64,000 nucleotides of DNA from Armatimonadota bacterium. Its GTDB lineage: Bacteria > Armatimonadota > SYMT01. A program made the position numbers and the translations under genes. The notes beneath the pieces were generated by a model. The model was not told the DNA's origin, did not search any database, and saw only the letters and a program-made list of their open reading frames with translations. The DNA lies in the NCBI GenBank assembly GCA_041690135.1, contig JAWLHY010000017.1:64001-128000 (forward strand). Reading direction: 5' to 3'. The stretch's first letter is position 1, and each line of letters begins with the position of its first letter. This document shows positions 59,599 to 64,000 of this stretch, piece by piece.

Positions 59599-62391
59599 AT
59601 GAAGACACTTGCCCTCGCCCTTCTGGTGTTGCCTTTCGGGGCCGCAGTTGCTTCGTCAGGTCCCGCACCCATCGATTATGCCCGGCAAGTCAAACCGCTG
59701 CTCGCTGAGCGTTGCTTCTCTTGCCACGGGGCCCTCAAGCAAGAGGGCGGCCTGCGCCTCGACACCGGCTGGCTCATTCGCAAGGGAGGCGCCAGCGGAA
59801 AGGCAGCCGTGGCCGGCAGGTCCGCGGAAAGTCCCCTGATCCGGCGCATCGCGGATCCTGATCCCGTCACCCGCATGCCTCCGGAGGGAGAACCACTCAA
59901 GCCGAACCAGGTGGCACTCTTGCGGGCCTGGATCGATCAGGGCGCCCGCAGCCCGCTTTCCGAGAAGGCGGAGGAGGACCCCCGCCGCCACTGGTCTTTT
60001 CGGAGACCGAAGGCGCCGCAGACGCCACGGTTCCCGGTAGGGAGCCGAGCCGCAAAGTGGATCCGCAACCCAATCGATGCCTTTGTCGCCGCCGCACACG
60101 TGAAGCACGGGGTGGAGCCGAGTGTGGAAGCCCACAAGGAAGTACTGCTCCGACGGGTCTACATCGACCTGATCGGCCTTCCTCCAACTCGTGCGGAGTT
60201 ACTGGCGTTCCTGGCGGACCGCTCTCCCGACGCCTACGAGAAGGTAGTGGACCGGCTACTGGCCAGCCCCCGCTACGGGGAGCGATGGGCGCGCCACTGG
60301 ATGGATGTGTGGCGCTACAGTGACTGGTACGGACGACGCGCCCAGGACGACGTGCGCAACAGCTACGGGCAGATGTGGCGCTGGCGGGACTGGATCGTTC
60401 GCTCGCTCAACCAGGACAAGGGATACGATCGTATGGTGGTCGAGATGCTGGCCGCCGACGAGGTAGCACCGGAGGATCTGGAAGCCCTGCCCGCTACGGG
60501 TTACCTGGTGAGGAACTGGTACTCGCTCAATTACAACCAGTGGATGCGGGATAACGTGGAGCATACCGGAAAAGCCTTCCTGGGTCTCACGCTGAACTGC
60601 GCGCATTGCCACGACCACAAGTACGACCCGCTCTCGCAGAAGGAGTACTTCCAGTTCCGGGCGTTCTTCGAGCCCCTGGAACTCCGCCACGAACGGGTTC
60701 CCGGAGAGCCGGATCCCGGTCTCTTCCCCAAGTACGTGTACGGTGGCTCAACGCCGGTGCTCAAGACGGGTATGGTCCGGGTGTTCGACGAAAAGCTCGA
60801 CGCACAAACCTTCATGTACGAGCGCGGCGACGAACGGAACCGCATGGAAGGTGTTCCCCCGGTTGCGCCGGGGGTTCCTGCGCTACTGGGCGGCGCTACC
60901 CTGCAGATACGCCCGGTCCACCTACCGGTCGCCGCCCACTATCCCGGCCTCAAGCCCTTCATCCGCGAGGAAGAGCTGGCCAGGCGGGAGAAGGCGGTTG
61001 CAGCGGCCCGCGGCGCTCTGGATGTGGCTGCGGTTGGGGATCGCAAACTCGCGGAAGGCAGGCTGGCTGCCGCAGAAGGGGATCTGGCGGCACTGAAAGC
61101 ACGCATCGCCGCGGATGAGGTGCGTTTCGGCCGCGCCACTGGAGATGCCGAAGCCCTCGCCCGGAAAGCGGCGCGGGCGGAACGGACAGCTGCCCTGCGA
61201 GTGGCCGAAGCCCGGCTATTAACCGTGGAAGCCGACCTGGCAACGGCTACCGCGAAGGGGGACACGGCGGCCGGTCAGAAGGCTCAGCAGCAGGTAACGG
61301 CGGCACGGGCGGCGGTGGAAGCGGCAAACAAGGCACTTCAAACCACGGATGCGAAGTACACCCCTCTCAGCCCCATCTACCCCCGTCAGAGCACGGGCCG
61401 GCGCACGGCGTTGGCCCGTTGGATCGCCAGTCCCGAGAACCCACTGACGGGCCGGGTCGCGGTGAACCACATCTGGCGTTATCACTTTGGCAAGCCGCTC
61501 GTGGAGACGGTGTTCGACTTCGGACGGAACGGCAAGCGGCCCACCCATCCGGAGTTGCTGGACTTCCTTGCTTCGGTGTTTTCCGCTTCCTCGGAGAGAA
61601 TGGGAGAAGGGAAGGATGTGGGAAAGGGTGAGCCGGTCAGCCCCTCCGATGTCAGGTTCTCCCATTCCCAACGGCAAACGGGCATGGGTTGGAGCATGAA
61701 AAAACTCCACCGCCTTATCGTCACCAGCAGCACTTACCGCATGGCTTCGGGGCCGGTGCGGGCGGATGACGTGCGGTTGTCGCGAGACCGCGAGAACCAG
61801 TACCTGTGGCGCTACAACTCCCGCCGGGTGGAGGCGGAAGTGGTGCGGGATGGTATGCTCTGGGCTTCCGGATCACTCGATCTTACGTTGGGAGGCCCGG
61901 AGTTGGACAACCGGCAGGAGACGACCCCCCGGCGGAGCCTCTATTACAGCGTGTTTGCGGAAGACGGCGGGCACATGCGGCTCCTCGCGACGTTCGATGC
62001 TCCCGATCCCTGTGACTCCTATCGGCGCACGGAAAGTATTCTGCCCCAGCAGGCGCTCGCCCTGACCAACAGCCGGCTGGCACTCGATCAGGGGCGTCTA
62101 CTGGCCCGGAAGTTGTGGGCGACGCTACCTGGAGAACTGGGCGGAGATACGGTCCGGTTCCGGGTCTACACGGATATGTTGTTCGAACAACTGCTCACCC
62201 GCCGCCCCAGCACCCCGGAAATGCAGGCCTGCCTTGACTTTCTCCAGCGGCAAGTGCGTCTGTTCCGCGACCAGGAGCCACCCAAAGGAGCGAGCGCCGG
62301 CGTTCCGCCATCCGCCGATCCGGTGGTCCGAGCGGCCGAAAGCCTGGCGCAGGCCCTGTTCAGCCACAACGATTTCCTGACGCTGCGATGA
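59599..62391 (+). CDS. Planctomycete cytochrome c domain protein (PSCyt1 + DUF1549/PSCyt2 + DUF1553/PSD1)
   Basis: CFSCHG, RMPP, WIDQGA; NPIDAF, LRRVYIDLIGLPPT, YGERWARHWMD, CAHCHDHKYDP; NPLTGRVAVN, PTHPELLD, PQQALAL. Start ATG 59599. Confidence 0.93.
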   Translation: MKTLALALLVLPFGAAVASSGPAPIDYARQVKPLLAERCFSCHGALKQEGGLRLDTGWLIRKGGASGKAAVAGRSAESPLIRRIADPDPVTRMPPEGEPLKPNQVALLRAWIDQGARSPLSEKAEEDPRRHWSFRRPKAPQTPRFPVGSRAAKWIRNPIDAFVAAAHVKHGVEPSVEAHKEVLLRRVYIDLIGLPPTRAELLAFLADRSPDAYEKVVDRLLASPRYGERWARHWMDVWRYSDWYGRRAQDDVRNSYGQMWRWRDWIVRSLNQDKGYDRMVVEMLAADEVAPEDLEALPATGYLVRNWYSLNYNQWMRDNVEHTGKAFLGLTLNCAHCHDHKYDPLSQKEYFQFRAFFEPLELRHERVPGEPDPGLFPKYVYGGSTPVLKTGMVRVFDEKLDAQTFMYERGDERNRMEGVPPVAPGVPALLGGATLQIRPVHLPVAAHYPGLKPFIREEELARREKAVAAARGALDVAAVGDRKLAEGRLAAAEGDLAALKARIAADEVRFGRATGDAEALARKAARAERTAALRVAEARLLTVEADLATATAKGDTAAGQKAQQQVTAARAAVEAANKALQTTDAKYTPLSPIYPRQSTGRRTALARWIASPENPLTGRVAVNHIWRYHFGKPLVETVFDFGRNGKRPTHPELLDFLASVFSASSERMGEGKDVGKGEPVSPSDVRFSHSQRQTGMGWSMKKLHRLIVTSSTYRMASGPVRADDVRLSRDRENQYLWRYNSRRVEAEVVRDGMLWASGSLDLTLGGPELDNRQETTPRRSLYYSVFAEDGGHMRLLATFDAPDPCDSYRRTESILPQQALALTNSRLALDQGRLLARKLWATLPGELGGDTVRFRVYTDMLFEQLLTRRPSTPEMQACLDFLQRQVRLFRDQEPPKGASAGVPPSADPVVRAAESLAQALFSHNDFLTLR

Positions 62392-63938
62392 ACCGGAGGG
62401 GGAGAGCGGAAATGGCGTGCAACTCACACGACAGTCCCGAGTGCGGTCGCATAGCGCGGCGTACGTTCCTATCGGACCTGGGAATGGGCTTTACAGGTCT
62501 CGCCCTGGGATCGATGTTGGCAGGCGAACGCGCCTCCCACGCGGAGCCCCAGATACTCCCGACCAGCGGGAAACCGAGACCCGTTGGCGGTTCCGCCCCG
62601 TCCCGTTCCGCTCCGCACTTTGCACCTCGGGCGAAGTCAGTTATCTGGATCTTCCTTTCTGGGGGCTATAGCCATCTCGAGACCTTCGATCCCAAGCCGG
62701 CCCTGAACCGCTATGGCGGAAAAACATACGAGCAAACCGAGTTCGAAAACCCGCTCAAATCGCCGCTGCACGACCTCCGCTCGCGATCCGTCGTGCCGAT
62801 GCCGCGGAAAACCTACCCGACGATCTTCGAGATGCAGGTCGGGTGGAAGAAGCACGGGCAGTGTGGGATGGAAGTCTCGGACTGGCTTCCCGAACTGGCC
62901 ACCTGTGTGGACGACATCGCCGTGGTGCGGAACATGTGGACCACAGATAACGACCATGCCGCCGAAAACCAGATGCACACGGGCCGGCACAAGCTGGATG
63001 AAGTCCAGCCCAGTATTGGGGCCTGGGTCCACTATGGACTGGGGAGTCTCAACGACAACCTGCCGCAGTTTGCCGTGCTAGGAGGGCCCACGCGCCCGGA
63101 TACACGCGATTCCATTGGGTCGAACTACCTGGGACCGGAGCATTCGGGCGTGCCCCTTTCTCTCGATCCCAAGGACCCGCTCCCTTACGGCGCGCGGGCG
63201 CAGGACGTCCTCGCGGAGGAGCAGCGGAACCAGTATGAGTTGATCGGCCGGCTGAACCGCCTATCCGCCGTGGAGTATCCCCAGGACCCGGCGGTACTTG
63301 CGCGCATCCGCGCTTACGAACTGGCGTTCCGGATGCAGATGGCCGTCCCGGAGACGCTGGACATCTCCCAAGAGAGCGCGGAAACCCGCAAGCTCTACGG
63401 ACTGGACTTACCCGTGACGCGGGAAGCCGGTCACCGGATGTTGCTGGCGCGGCGCCTGGTCGAACGCGGCGTACGCTTTGTACAGGTCTATCCCACCCCC
63501 TATGGGCGGTGGGATTCCCACACGGAGTTGCGCAAGAACCACTCCGCATTGTGCCCCCAGATCGATCGTCCGGTGGCCGGGCTTCTCAAAGACCTCAAGC
63601 GCCGTGGCCTCTGGAATGACGTGCTGGTGGTGTTCTGCACCGAGTTCGGACGCACTCCTGGTGTGGAGAACGGATACGGCCCGACAGGCGGAAGAGACCA
63701 CCATCCACACGGCTTCTCGGTTTGGTTTGCCGGAGCTGGTGTCCGAGGAGGGATGGTGCACGGCGCCACCGACGAGTTGGGCTTCCATGCGGTAGAGCCG
63801 GGCCACTACGTCACCGATATCCACGCCACGGTGCTCCACCTGATGGGGCTCGAACCGGAGCGCCTGGAGATTCCCGGGCGCAAGCGGCTGGATGCCGATC
63901 GTGGAAAGCTGATCCGGGAAATCCTTACCACTGCCTGA
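62388..63938 (+). CDS. DUF1501 family protein (Tat-exported, sulfatase-like fold)
   Basis: RRTFL Tat motif; AKSVIWIFLSGGYSHLETFDPKP, YELAFRMQ, ARRLVERGVRFVQ, WDSH, TEFGRTP, GRDHHP, GATDELG. Confidence 0.93.
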   Translation: MNRRGRAEMACNSHDSPECGRIARRTFLSDLGMGFTGLALGSMLAGERASHAEPQILPTSGKPRPVGGSAPSRSAPHFAPRAKSVIWIFLSGGYSHLETFDPKPALNRYGGKTYEQTEFENPLKSPLHDLRSRSVVPMPRKTYPTIFEMQVGWKKHGQCGMEVSDWLPELATCVDDIAVVRNMWTTDNDHAAENQMHTGRHKLDEVQPSIGAWVHYGLGSLNDNLPQFAVLGGPTRPDTRDSIGSNYLGPEHSGVPLSLDPKDPLPYGARAQDVLAEEQRNQYELIGRLNRLSAVEYPQDPAVLARIRAYELAFRMQMAVPETLDISQESAETRKLYGLDLPVTREAGHRMLLARRLVERGVRFVQVYPTPYGRWDSHTELRKNHSALCPQIDRPVAGLLKDLKRRGLWNDVLVVFCTEFGRTPGVENGYGPTGGRDHHPHGFSVWFAGAGVRGGMVHGATDELGFHAVEPGHYVTDIHATVLHLMGLEPERLEIPGRKRLDADRGKLIREILTTA

Positions 63939-64000
63939 GTGCCGACTATCGACTTTCTTGCCGGAAGCGAACCCGCCAGATGACCGTCTGGTTTACCGGT

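Overview
GC-rich (about 65-70% by spot counts) bacterial chromosome segment from a diderm; the gene mix (SLH-beta-barrel, PSCyt/DUF1553/DUF1501, Ig-like CTD on a secreted protease) suggests Armatimonadota, but this is inference. Bases 1-31.1 kb are a single minus-strand surface-polysaccharide cluster that runs off the left edge. It holds wzc-like (kinase motifs degenerate), wza/OPX, wzm, wzt, about 10 glycosyltransferases, 3 methyltransferases, 3 acyltransferases, an AsnB-type amidotransferase, a deacetylase, three polytopic membrane proteins and a bifunctional fucokinase/GDP-fucose pyrophosphorylase (Fkp) that the ORF track missed. Bases 31.5-64 kb hold DUF1611, a PHP histidinol-phosphatase, a 2,000-aa M36 protease with 12 FN3 repeats, HtrA, a MenC/NSAR-type enolase-superfamily enzyme, Mn-SOD, two large secreted Ig-like-repeat proteins, ligA, sugar isomerase/SDR genes, an SLH-porin, a PEGA protein and a Tat-isomerase/PSCyt/DUF1501 module. 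Best novelty candidates: (i) a shared, divergent C-terminal module with a polybasic tail on the large secreted proteins, a possible surface sorting/anchoring system; (ii) a densely structured intergenic element at about 43.78-44.3 kb with G-U-biased stems and a mutually exclusive 12-nt pairing, a candidate ncRNA or switch; (iii) a kinase-dead Wzc in a hybrid ABC/Wzy/OPX pathway; (iv) an in-frame palindromic insertion in a DUF1553 gene. No rRNA, tRNA, CRISPR array or transposase was recognised. All family calls come from motif reading by eye, with no database search.
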